A stretch of 64,000 nucleotides of DNA, from contig JANHCV010000001.1 of assembly GCA_025594325.1 (NCBI GenBank), forward strand, positions 2,170,001 through 2,234,000. Reading direction: 5' to 3'. Within the stretch, counting starts at the first letter, position 1. Each line of letters opens with the position of its first letter. The position numbers and the translations under genes were made by a program. This DNA is from Blastocladiella emersonii ATCC 22665 (Eukaryota; Fungi; Blastocladiomycota). Under the pieces are notes generated by a model that saw nothing but the letters and a program-made list of their open reading frames with translations, was not told where the DNA came from and searched no databases. Shown here one piece after another: positions 11,090 through 21,822 of the stretch.

Positions 11090-12034
11090 TCATTGCGAGA
11101 GCTCGGCGATCTTCTTGTCCTTGAGCACCAGCAGCAGCTCGAGCTTGTGGATCTTCTCCTGCAGAATCCCGACCGTGTCGCGCAGCGTCGCGATCATCTG
11201 GTCCTTTTCGCGGTCGGACATGGCGCCCGGGTCGGACGGGTGGGCGTGGAGGACCGGGCCGCCGCCATCCTGTGCTCCGTTGCTCCCGAGCGAGCCCTGC
11301 GAAAAGGATCCGCGACCTCGCCGGAGCCCTGACCCGCCGAGCATGCCCTGTTGCTGCTGTTGCTGCTGCTGCGGGTCGAGCGGGCCTTGCGCCATGGCCA
11401 TGCTCCGCTTCGAGCCAGCCGTGCCCGCGACCGAGTGAAGAAGCTATGCCGTGGTGAGCGCAGAGTCAGTGGCCATGGACGCGGCGATGGCCGAGCTCGG
11501 ACGGCGCACCTTTTGCTTGATGTCGAACAGCACCGTCTCCACGATCCCGGGCTTGCACTGCACAATCTGCTGGATCGTGTCGTCAGTCAGCGCGCAGCCG
11601 AGCTTGCGCAGCACCTTGACTACACGGCAGTCGCGTGAGCTGCTTCACGGAGGCGCGCCTCGATGCGTGGGCGACGTACAGCTGAGCGTGTTCCAGTTGT
11701 ACACCTTCTGCGCGGTCGAGTTGGCCGGCGGGTAGTTGTGCAGCTCGACGAGACGCGGGTTGACCTGCCGTATGATCTCAGCGACCATGCAGCCGTCCGA
11801 GAAGTCGCGCGTGAAGTTGCGCTTGGGCCGCGACAGCGGGATCCCGTCGACCCACCGGAACAGGTCCGTGAGCTCCTCGTCGGTCAGCAGCCCGTTGGAC
11901 CCCGGCGATCGCGGCGTGCCCGAGTAGCTGTCGGTGCTGCCCGCTGCTGCCGCGCCGGAAGCGAACGGGCCAGTCGTCGACCCGCTGTGGTTGAGCGACG
12001 AGCCCGCGGCGGCGACGGGTGGTGGAGGCGCCAT
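11090..12034 (-). CDS. SPEF1: Sperm flagellar protein 1 / CLAMP-like CH-domain microtubule-binding protein, multi-exon
   Basis: LFRWVDGIPLSRPKRNFTRDFSDGCMVAEII...LHNYPPANSTAQKVYNWNTL; next exon KVLRKLG...QCKPGIVE; C-terminal coiled coil EKDQMIATLRDTVGILQEKIHKLELLLVLKDKKI. Confidence 0.9.
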
Positions 12035-12338
12035 TCGAGAATGCAGTTTCCTTGGCGGCGGCGGTCGCGACGAGCGTGCAGAGAGCATGAATGCACGAAG
12101 CTACATTGCCTATGGACTGGCCGGTGCTCATGGGTTGAAGCTCGAGGGTGCAGGCAGGCGATTCCGAGGCCGGGCAAGCGCGAGGGACGGCCCACGTGCG
12201 CGACTGCGAGACGCGTTGTGAGACGCGTCGCTCGCGATCACGTTGATCACGCCTGCCCGTGGCTACGCTTGGACGAAGTCCCATCAAACGAACGAGGTAG
12301 AATCAAGATGGGCATGTATACATTTACAGCGCAAGGTA

Positions 12339-13073
12339 TTACTCGGCAAAGCCACGATGGCCCTCAATCAGCTCGTCGCGGGTCGGCGTGGTCGCGACGA
12401 GGGACGCGCGAGCCTCGAGCACGGCGCGCCACGCGCGGAACCGCGCAAACTCGGCCGTCTCGGGGACCTTGAACCCGCGGAAGTGCTCGACGGCGACGAT
12501 GCGGACGACGAACGGAGCGGTCAGGACGTCAGCGATCGTGAAGTCGGTGCCGAGTGCGAAGGGACCAGCGGGGTCGAGCGTGGTCTGCAGCGCGCGGATA
12601 CCGTCGAGGAGCTTGGCGGCGGCGGCCGGCTGCGCGTCCGCATTTTTCTCGCGCAGGAGCCCGAACATGGCGCTGAAGTACTGGTTGCTCGCCGCGTCGA
12701 CGATCATGTTGGCGCGGTACCGCTGGAACGCGTTGTTGGCGCCCGCGAGCGCGAGCGGAGACGAGGCGGCCTGGAGGAGGTACTCGGCAATGAAGCTCGA
12801 CTCGACCAGGATGTCCTTCTTGCCCGACTCGGGGTGCGTGATCTCGAGCGCGGGCACCTTGCCGCGGGGGTTAATGTCGGCGAGGTACCAGTCGGGCTTG
12901 TTCTTGAGGTCGATCAGAACGACCTCGATGTCGCCGTTGCTGTACTTGCCCGCGTCGAAGCTCGTGATAAGGCCGAGCTCGTGCAGCGCAATGGAGGCGC
13001 GCTGCGCGAAGGGGCAGGTCTTGGCGATGAAGACGCGGGCGGGGGCGAAGAGGGCGGCAGCGGCGGAGGACAT
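12339..13073 (-). CDS. Glutathione S-transferase, omega-like (CPF active-site motif), intronless
   Basis: TCPFAQRASIAL, KNKPDWY, INPRGKVPALE, ESSFIAEYL and FTIADV. A TATAAA lies ~70 nt upstream (13142-13147, minus strand). Confidence 0.88.
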   Translation of the reverse strand: MSSAAAALFAPARVFIAKTCPFAQRASIALHELGLITSFDAGKYSNGDIEVVLIDLKNKPDWYLADINPRGKVPALEITHPESGKKDILVESSFIAEYLLQAASSPLALAGANNAFQRYRANMIVDAASNQYFSAMFGLLREKNADAQPAAAAKLLDGIRALQTTLDPAGPFALGTDFTIADVLTAPFVVRIVAVEHFRGFKVPETAEFARFRAWRAVLEARASLVATTPTRDELIEGHRGFAE

Positions 13074-13548
13074 GATGCGTTGCGTTGCGTTTTGTGTGTG
13101 AGTGTTGGTGGACACGCTGAGGGTGGCGGGCGCGGGCAGTCTTTATAGTTTCACGACAGCCTTGAGGTCGCGGCGACGCGAAAGCGACGGGTTGACTGAC
13201 CGGTTCGTCAGCAACGCGGACATGTGGCGCAGCAGCGGAACGGAAAATAGCGCGCGTGCACCGGAAAATGGCGCAAGGCTTGGTCAGCAACGCTCGCGTG
13301 AAAGATTGGCTGACACATGCGGGGCCATGTGGGCCTGTGGCGCAACGCGTCAAGGTGGGCGTCGCGGGAAGCTTCCTGCACAGTCGGCATCACGCTCATC
13401 ATCGCGCGCGACGTTGAGGTCGCTCTGGGCGCGGATGGTGCGAAGTCCCACGAACCTACTCAACTTGAACACTCCGGGATCGGTCCAGGCAAGGCACCGG
13501 GAGTCTGGAAGCGGGTCGCGTCAGCCCGGAACTGGCCATGCAGGCGTG

Positions 13549-14009
13549 AGCGACGCGCAGCAGGCTGGCCAAGCTGCTGCGCCACCATGGTCACGTGTCC
13601 GCGACTTAGCACTCTAAATTGAAGATGTCATGAAATATTTTTTTTCTGAGCATTGGATCGTGATCAGGGACTCTCAGGGACCTCAGAAATGCAAAAATCT
13701 CCGAGTCGCGATGTTGGGGTGTCGAGAAGTTGTCCGACCGTGCAAAGTTGAAAAAAAACTTTCGGGTTTGGTCGTTCGGACGAAATCGGCACTTAGGGCC
13801 TAGCTTCTTGAATTGCGTCATATGTGCGATCCGGCTGAAACTTTGCAGAGATATATGATATGCATTATGGGCTATTTTAGCGGTGGTAGAAACATTTTAG
13901 CATTTAAGCTGCGGGACGTAAAATAGGGTGCGAGTTAGTGCACGTAATCGAGCGCGACGACGCGTTCGCTGGCCAAGTCCTGGAGCAACGCGTGCTCCCT
14001 TCGAACGCA
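13549..14009. repeat. ~460-bp repeat with an AT-rich core, copy A; inverted relative to copy B at 27538-28006
   Basis: Direct alignment by eye to the reverse complement of 27538-28006. The core (e.g. cttagcactctaaattgaagatgtcatgaaatatt...gagttagtgcacgtaat) is highly similar and the flanks are more diverged. Boundaries are approximate. Confidence 0.85.
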
Positions 14010-14099
14010 CTTAGCGTGTTCCTCACTCAACAACTCTCGGATTCTCAATTCAAGACCAGAGCATATCGAGACGACAAGTATTAGGCATGTATTCTAGAG

Positions 14100-15590
14100 T
14101 TACAGCGGATCGCCAGCGTACGAGCACAGCTCGTTGGTGCCCTTCTCCCACGGCGCGCACCACCCGTGGTGGTAGCCGTCGAACAGGAAGCGCTCGTACA
14201 TGCGGACGTGGTCGCGCATCATGATCTCGGTCATGCGGCGCGCGCCGTCCTGCTTGTTGAACCACGGGTGCGTGATGACCTTGCCCTGGCAGTAGCCGTC
14301 CTTCCATCCCCACCACCCGTTGGCCTCCATGCACGGCGCGATGATGAAGTCCTCGCCCTCGCGCAGGGTTGGCCGGATGTAGCGGTTGAAGACGGTCTAC
14401 ACGCACGAGTCGAGGGTAGTCAGCGACGTGCGCGAGTCGCAGTGTCGCGGTCGAGCAGCGCACCTGCTCGTTGTACAGCGTGGTCTTCCACTGCTCGCAG
14501 TCCGGCTGGTCGTCGGGGCACGTCATGAGCTTGCGCAAGGCGGTCTTGGCGACGGGCGTGCTGCGCGCGATCCAGAACCCCGTGTTGGTCGCGTTCTTGT
14601 TGGCCTCGGGCTGGTCGGGCGGGTCCATGGGCAGCAGGAGCGAGGCGCGCTCGTGGAAGCCCCAGCGCTTCATCATCCACGCGATCGACTTGTCGGGCTG
14701 GGCGACGAAGGCGTCGCCGTCGAGGAACACGACAATGTCGTAGCGGTGCAGGGCGTCGTAGATGGCCTTGACCTTGGCCCAGGTGCCGTGCCAGCCGGGC
14801 GGCGCGGCGATCTGGACGCGGCGGTAGTCGTAGCCGTGGCGCAGCGCGTACCAGGTGTGGTACATGGCGGAGGTGGTCATGTAGACGAGCTCGTGCGGGT
14901 CGTCCTTGACGTCGGCGAGGCGCTGCAGCGGGCGCGAGTCGGCCGACATGATCAGGACGCGCTCCTTGCCCGCGTCGGCGGCGTGCTGACGCGTGCGGCG
15001 GTCCCAGGGGAGACTCACGGCCGCAGCGGGGTCGGAGCCGGCGGCCATGTCGTTGGCGCGCCACAGCTGCGCGACTACGTCCGACGCGTCCCTGATGGGC
15101 CGCGCGGGATCGATGCCGTCGAGGCCCGACTTGGGCGACACAGCGAGCTTGGCTTTGGGAATGACGGGCATGTCGACGCCGGGTCGCTGGTATGTGGAGA
15201 CGGCGATCAGGACGAGGAGCAGCGCGAAGCAACCGAAGCCGTAGAGGATCGAGCCGCGGTTCGTCGCGATCCAGGCGCGAGTGCTACACCGTGGCCCAAC
15301 GACGCGTGAGAAACTTCCTGTCTTGCTGTCCTCTCAACGAGAGAGCAGCTGCGCGCGTACGAGAAGCGCTTGGGACTGCGTAGGTCCGTGTCAAAGGCAA
15401 AATCCATGTCGGTTGACAGGCGTGGTAGCGACGCGCTGTCGTCGTCATCATCATCGCCGTGAAAGTCGGAGCCGTTATCGCTCCCACTTGCGCTGCGATA
15501 GCTCGGGCTGGTCGGGCGGCCGACGGGCGTGTACGCGCCGGCGGCGGTGCCCGGGACCGGAGAAGCGATCCAGTCGGGGCGCGACGCCAT
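14100..15590 (-). CDS. Type II membrane glycosyltransferase, GT34-like (GMA12/MNN10 family), 3 exons, ~448 aa
   Basis: Exons 15590-15361, 15283-14464 and 14396-14100 join in frame through GT-AG introns of 77 and 67 nt. TM segment ILYGFGCFALLLVLIAVS. Motifs WAKVKAI, VVFLDGDAFV (DxD) and NTGFWI. Confidence 0.8.
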
Positions 15591-16029
15591 GGTCGGTACG
15601 TGGTGTCGATGCGTAGAGAGTTGCGTGTCTTCGTGCCGTGCACAGTGCTGTGATCCAGAGTGGTCGGGGAGCGGAAGCGAGCGGTGGGTGGGCGTCAGGG
15701 GCCCCGGGACTCTGCCGTGGCGCGCGGCGCGCCGCAGGTTGAAACCGCGTGGCGGATCGCCCAAACGTGACTCTTCTGTCCGATCGCTCAGGGCGTCTCA
15801 CCCTGGTCCGCTCGCCAGAGCGTGCGGGCATCGCCGCCTCCGCCACGCCGCCGCCCGCTCCCCTTGGCGACTTCTCTCGCTGCCCGCCCTCACCCGCCCG
15901 CGACGCTGCCCGTGCGCCTGCCCACCTGCTCCCACCGGAAGCCCGCCGATCCGTGGCAGCCGCAGTGACAGCCGCAGCGCGCCGCTCCCATCCTCGCCAC
16001 CGCGCTCTCCTCCTCCCTCACACACTGCA

Positions 16030-18433
16030 ATGCATTCCAACGACTGGTCGGCGCGCCGGCCGACCAAGCTGAACATGACCGGCGCGGGCCCGCACGAGGA
16101 GCTCCTCCGCGAGGAGGGCGCCGTACTGTACGACCTCGACTCGCCCACGCGATCGACGCACTCGCAGCCGCACGCCAGCGCGCCGCACGCCCACCACCGC
16201 CTCGGCACCGCCGCCTCGAGCGACCGCGCCAACCTGCTGCCGGGTCCCTCGGGCGGCGGCGGCGCCATGTCCGGCTCCGCACCACCCTCGCCGTCGCTCC
16301 CGCTCGGCGGCGCCGGCCTCGGGCCCGCCGCCCCGCAGCCGCCCAAGGTATCGGCCGCCGAGGCCACCGTCTTCGTCATCGCCAACGTGCTCGTCAGCGT
16401 CGGCATTGTGCTCGTCAACAAGCTCGTGCTCGCCACCTTCCCGCGCGCCCTGATCCTGACGCTGCTGCACCAGGCCTTCTGCTGGGCCTCCACGCGCGGC
16501 CTCGAGCGCGCCGGCCTGCTGTCCATCCCAACCGGCGTCCCACGCCGTGACGCCTTCATCGTCGGCGGCGCCCTCGTCATGGGCCTCTTCTTCATGAACC
16601 TGTCGCTGTCGCTCAACTCGGTTGGCGTTTACCAGCTGACCAAGATGGCATGCCTCCCCACCATTGGCGTGCTGCAGACGATCCTCTTTGGCGCGCCCGT
16701 GCCGAGCCGCCCGACGCTCGTCGCCCTCGCCCTCGTCCTGCTCGGCGTGTTCCTCTCCACCAAGCACGACTTCGCCACCAACCTCGCCGGCCTCGCCGCG
16801 GGCGTCTTTGCCGTCGGCTTCACGTCGCTGTGCCAGGTCACGCTCCAGTACATGCCGTCCTTCAAGGAGGTCAAGGGCATGAAGTCGGTCGCCGTGCTCG
16901 CCCCCTACACCACCATCGTGCTGCTCCCGCTCGTCCTCTTCGTCGAGCTCCCGCTCATGGCCCGCAGCTCCGAGTCGATCGTGTCGCAGCTCGTCGGCGC
17001 GCCGTGGTTCCTCATCACCGTGACCTGCGTCCTCGCCCTCGCCGCCAACTACCTCGGCAACACGCTCATCCAGAAGACCTCGGCCATCACCTACAACGTC
17101 GTCGGCCACCTCAAGACCATCCTCATCGTGTGCGCCGGCGCCGTCATGGACCCCGCCGCCAACGACCTCTCGGCCCTCAAGATCATCGGCATGACCGTCT
17201 CGCTCGGCGGCATGGCCATCTACGCCGCCCGCTCCGCCTTCAACCGCGCCAGCGAGTCGGCCCGCGCCCAGGGCCCCGCCGTCTACTTTGCCAAGCAGTG
17301 GCGCCAGCACCGCGGCCTGCTCCTCGGCGGGTTCGCGTTCCTCGTCGCCCTCGCCGGATTCGCGCGCCTCGCCTCGCCCGCGTCCTACGCCGACCAGCTC
17401 GACCTCGACCCGAACGTGCGCCTCGTCAAGGTCGCTGCCCTCGACGGCGGCGTGCGCGATGCCGGCGACCTCGCCACGCAGCTGTGGAAGGTGAACGACG
17501 CCGTCGACGGTAGCGCGGGCGACGCGTCGATCGCGTGGGACCGCCGGCGCAAGCAGCCGGGCGCGGTCCGCGGCAAGGAGCGCGTCCTGATCATGTCGTC
17601 CGACTCGCGCCCGCTGCAGCGGCTGTCCGAGGTCAACGACGACCCGATGCAGCTCAACTTCATGACCATGTCGGCCGTGTACAACACGTGGTACGCGCTC
17701 CGCCACGGGTACGACTACCGCCGCGTCCAGATCAGCTCCCCCAAGGGCTGGCACGGGACCTGGGGCAAGATCAAGGCCATCTACGACGCGCTCCACCGCT
17801 ACGACCTCGTCGTGTTCCTCGACGGCGACGCGTACATGGCCCAGCCCGACAAGTCCCTGCCCTTCCTCATGGAGCGGTGGGGCTTCCACGAGCGTGCTTC
17901 GCTCCTGCTCGCTGCCGAGGGGCCGAACCAGCCGCACCCGAACGAGAACGGGACCAACACCGGCGTGTGGATCGCGCGCAACACCCCGCTCCTCAAGCAG
18001 TCCCTCCGCGACATCATGGACTGTCCCGAGGCCCAGGGCGAGTGCGCGCAGTACAAGACACAACTCTTCCATGAGCAGCTATGTCCTTTCGACGCGATTT
18101 GTATAACTACCACGATCACGTACTCATCACATCTCGACTTTGTAGACGGCCTTCAACTTGTTCATCCGACCGAAGCTCCGCGAGCACGAGGACTTCATCG
18201 TCGCCCCGTGCGACGAGGCCAACGGGTGGTGGGCCAACGGGGCGTGCCACGGTCTCTACATCAGCCACGCGTGGATGGGCAAGCTCGACATCGTGGAGCG
18301 CATGAACGCGATTCTCCTTCGCGACCACGTCCGCCTGTACGAGCGGTTCTTGTTCAACGGCTACCACCACGCCGACTGTACGCCGTGGGCCAAGGGTACC
18401 GACGAGCGGTGTACATTCGCGGGCGAGGACTAG
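16030..18433 (+). CDS. Fusion protein: 10-TM nucleotide-sugar transporter (TPT/SLC35E-like) + TM anchor + GT34-like glycosyltransferase domain, ~778 aa if 18079-18145 is spliced
   Basis: One uninterrupted frame from ATG 16030 to 18078. It covers NST motifs (LNSVGVYQLTK, TSAITYNVVGHLKT) and then GT motifs (WGKIKAI, VVFLDGDAY, NTGVWI). The last exon, 18146-18433, is homologous to the paralog's last exon. Confidence 0.85.
18079..18145 (+). other. Putative 67-nt intron with a non-canonical CT donor (CTATGT...TGTAG)
   Basis: It has the same position (after ...EQ), phase and length as the canonical 67-nt GT-AG intron of the paralog (14397-14463). Removing it restores the homologous C-terminal exon. 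Confidence 0.65.
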
Positions 18434-19769
18434 TCGCACCTCGTCCGTGTGCCCGACCAAGTTTTGGCCAGCATCAAGGTTTCTCTTTGCATTTCTCTCT
18501 ATATATCACAGTTAACGATCACTTGCAGCAACAAACTGCCTGGTTCTTTTGCGAAGTGCGAACAGCGAGCTGGCGTAGTGGCGCAGCCATGGACGCGTTG
18601 CGCCACACAGTGACTGTGAGTGACGTCATTCGCCTCAACACCGCGGCGCCTCGACGCCCCAGCGTCGACTCGAACACCACCTCCGACGGCCTATGAAAAC
18701 TCCAAGAGGCTGTTTTCACGTAGATTGACGTCGTGTACAAGGTTAGCTGGAGCGGTGGCGCGTGATCAACGCGCGGACACCGCCCGCGAGTCGCTCAACC
18801 ACATCGTGCGATAAGCGAACCAAGGAGACCGACGTGTAGAGACACCAAGAAACGTATATAGATATAATCCATGAAAAACCCATCATCGAGTGCCCTCCTA
18901 CTGAGGCGTCACATCAGGACTAACCCGAAAGGAACCGCCGTCCTCGCTTCCGGTCGCCGGCATCGAGGACCCCATCTTGTCGGTCCGAGCCAGCCAAAAG
19001 AGAAAGAACTCCATCATCATCGAGACCTCGAGCGCGCCGCCAACCCACCCGAAAGGCACCGTACATCTCTTTGTCACAGGTGGGGTCAGACTACGAGGAC
19101 CCTCCATCTTGTCGGTCCGAGTGACGATGCGGCGCGCGAGTCTTTGGAGCGGTACGGACACGCGCGGGGCCATGGACCGACCATGGTACCACCCGTGCGC
19201 GCGCGGCCGGTAGTTGCGGAACAGGATGCGCACACGCGCACGCGTGCCGATGATGGGCGACGACGTGCGGGCGGCGGCTTCTACACGCGAGGAAGCGTTA
19301 GTCGAGGAGCGTGGGGTGCACCCAGAGTCGGATCGGTACCTTCGATGGGCGAGAGCCGGGGTCTTGATCAGGCCGTCGTGGCGCTTGAGGATGATGACGG
19401 CGCGCGAGAGAGCAGCCCTTGATGATCGTGATCCTGACGAGACCGGGCGCGCGAGGCCGACGAAGTGCAGGCGACGGGCGACTTGGTGTGGTCGATCAGG
19501 TTGTCGGCGAGCAGGTGCAGCGGCAGCGCGAGCGCGAACACGGGTCGGTCATGGCAAGGTACTTGGTGGTGACGAAGCCGAGAGAGCCGCGGCCGAACGC
19601 CGATGTTGATGGCCGTGGTGGACCACGATCATGGCGACGAGGTGACGGTGCTGCTCCTTGATCGAGCCTTGGTGCGTTGCAGTGGGTGAGAGTGGGCTGG
19701 GATCACGATCATGGCGATGAATGGTTGGTGAGGAAGGAGAGAAGAGGGTAGCGGGGACCCAGGCCGAGC

Positions 19770-19775
19770 TTTATA
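19770..19775 (-). promoter_or_regulatory. TATA box in the left arm, facing outward (leftward)
   Basis: TATAAA on the minus strand, followed by a pyrimidine-rich leader and cgccATG. Mirror of 23769-23774. Confidence 0.4.
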
Positions 19776-19962
19776 GCGGCTGGCCGAGCGGCCGCGCTGC
19801 AGCGCACTGCAAGCGCCGTGATATGCCAGCTCGAGGGCCACTTGATAAAACCGGTTCCTAGCCTCGTTTGCACACCCAAACGGTCAGTTGCGCGTGCGCC
19901 ACTGCCAAGAAATGGCTGCGAGGCGCTGTGGGAGGCAAAACCACGCGAGACGCGAGACGCGA

Positions 19963-20064
19963 GACGAAACGCGTCTCGCACGCAGCACGTGAGTTTCAAG
20001 TGACTGATATTGGGACGAAACGCGTCTCGCACGCAGCACGTGAGTTTCAAGTGACCGATATTGG
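19963..20064. repeat. 51-bp tandem duplication (2 copies), left arm only
   Basis: gacgaaacgcgtctcgcacgcagcacgtgagtttcaagtgac(t/c)gatattgg occurs at 19963 and 20014. The right arm has a single copy. Confidence 0.9.
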
Positions 20065-20310
20065 CGTGATTTGAGTCCTCCCGCGCCGAATGACCGAAAA
20101 TCAAAGTTAGGGCCCGTTTGGTTCCGGGGTGAATCAGGTGGATCAATCGATTTTACACGGTCCGGTGTTCACCCAGCTGAAACGTGGCATTTTCACCCCG
20201 TCGTGTTCATCGCGGCGTTTGGTTCAACCCCCGGGTGAGCTGAATGGAACCCTCGTCGCTGAATCGCCCGTCTGCTCGCCCCCGAAACCTTCAGGCTGTG
20301 CTCCCCGGCC

Positions 20311-20318
20311 TATATAAA
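20311..20318 (+). promoter_or_regulatory. TATA box of the Harbinger Myb/SANT gene
   Basis: TATATAAA ~70 nt upstream of ATG 20380, followed by a CT-rich leader. Confidence 0.5.
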
Positions 20319-20379
20319 CGCCGTTTTCCTCCAAAGTAACTCGCTCTCTCTCCCCCGTCCTCCCTCAAAGCCGAAAAGA

Positions 20380-21509
20380 ATGGCTCCCCCGTCAAGCAAA
20401 AAGCGCGCTGGCCGTACGGCCATGTCCATCGAGGAGATCGTCAAGAACGTGCCCGAAATCCCGCCGCCGCCCGCCGATAGCGACGAGGATGCAGATGACG
20501 ACGCTGCTGGGAGCGACGGCAACGCTGCTGTCACGCCGACCAACCCGCTGCCGCCCGTGACCATCGCCAAGCCAAGCAAGCGCAAGGCCAGTGGCAGCAA
20601 GGCCAGCAGCGGCAAGGCCAGCGGCGGCAAGGCCACCTTCTGCTCCGCGTCGACCAACTTCCTCCTCGACCACTTCTGCAACCTCGCTGACGACGGCGTG
20701 CTCGGCGACAGCAACACGCTCAAGGCCCAGCACCGTGTGTCGATTGCCCAGGCCCTGTCGGACGAGTTCAACATGCAGTTTACGGCGGAGCAGGTCAAGA
20801 ACCGCGTGACATACGTACGCTTTGTCTTGCGGACACGCGTCAACCGTAGCGCTAACAACGTCAGCGTTCGGCTCCAGCTTCGCACTTGTTTTCGCGCCGT
20901 AAAACGGCTTCTGTCGTACTTGGGCAACGGCTGCACCTGGAATGAGGGTGAGTGCACGGTCGACGTGCCAGAGGAGTTCTGGAACGATCTCTCGGTACGT
21001 TTGTTCAATATCGTTACGCGTCAACTCGCGGCGAGCTAACAGCGCCTGGCCTGCTTCAATTGTAGGCAGAGCTCAAGGAGGAGCTGACTGCGGGCTGCAA
21101 GCCCTTCCCGTACTACAAGAAGGCCAACATGCTGTGGGGCAGCTCGACCGCCACCGGCGAGTACTCGCACCTCGAGCAGGACGGCAAGGAGTCTGGTGAC
21201 GTGGAAGGTGTTGATGGTCAAGACGACGCGGCCCCCGCCAGCAAGCGCAGCCGCACTTCGGACAGCAGCTCGCGTCGCCTCTCGGACTCGGAGTTCCTCA
21301 TGGGCATCAAGGAGGTTATCCAGAGCGTCTCGACCGCCGACTCCAAGCCCGTTCTGACCGCCGCACTTGAATGGGTCCAGGACGTGTACAACGACAATGA
21401 AGAGTACCAGATCGACGTCGCCACCCGCCTGACCGAGGATCAAGCGCTTCGCGTCATGGCCGTGTCCGAATCGAAGCGCAAGCGCATCCTCGAGATTTTC
21501 ATTCAGTAG
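20380..21509 (+). CDS. Harbinger Myb/SANT-like DNA-binding protein, 3 exons (20380-20814, 20878-20994, 21066-21509), ~331 aa
   Basis: Spliced sequence ...FTAEQVKNRVTY/LRTCFRAVKRLL...GCTWNE...EEFWNDLS/...PFPYYKKANMLWGSSTATGEY resembles the Myb_DNA-bind_3-type proteins of Harbinger elements. Introns are GTACG...YAG with CTAAC branch sites. Confidence 0.8.
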
Positions 21510-21822
21510 CTCACTCGCACATGTCCCCCTCCCCTCGCGTTGCTTCCTGGCCTTGTTCTCGCCCATTTGTGTCCAATACATCTGGCTTTGTGTCCATCGT
21601 ATCTTCAATCGTTACCCTTGGCTCGAAAATGACGCGAGTCGTTGAGAAACGCGTGGTTCGCAAAGTGTCTCACACGTCACGTGATTGATCGACGCGTCTC
21701 CACCGATGCGTTCTGACCTCAGCGACGCGTCAAATCATCTGGAATCGCTTATCTAACGTTATAGTACTTGACAAATCAGTATATTACAGCATGCATGCGG
21801 GTACAACAATTATTTCGCGCCT

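Larger units (their letters stand above)
18883..20080. repeat. Left arm of a long inverted repeat (partner 23524-24661)
   Basis: ORF translations in 18898-19661 are identical to those in 23883-24646 on the opposite strand, and paired coordinates sum to 43544. The inner ~300 bp align with substitutions and indels. Confidence 0.92.

Noticed and set aside
15529-16029. N-terminal 167 aa of the 1,055-aa ORF
   Set aside because: It overlaps the first exon and promoter of the opposite-strand GT gene and is low-complexity R/P/S. ATG 16030 follows a CT-rich leader and is the more plausible start.
18883-19790. Penelope-like pseudo-LTR with a hammerhead ribozyme
   Set aside because: No CUGANGA...GAAA core with a credible stem II on either strand (the CTGACGAG at ~19433 lacks GAAA), and no RT or GIY-YIG ORF nearby.
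19945-20035. ACGCGT/CGCG clusters as MCB/SCB cell-cycle boxes (also ~6800, ~12210, ~21690)
   Set aside because: These motifs are frequent in this GC-rich sequence, and enrichment cannot be shown without a background model.
19963-20064. Possible CRISPR-like repeats (51-bp tandem; two-copy motif at 18923-19121)
   Set aside because: Only two copies, no regular unique spacers, no cas genes, and a eukaryotic context.
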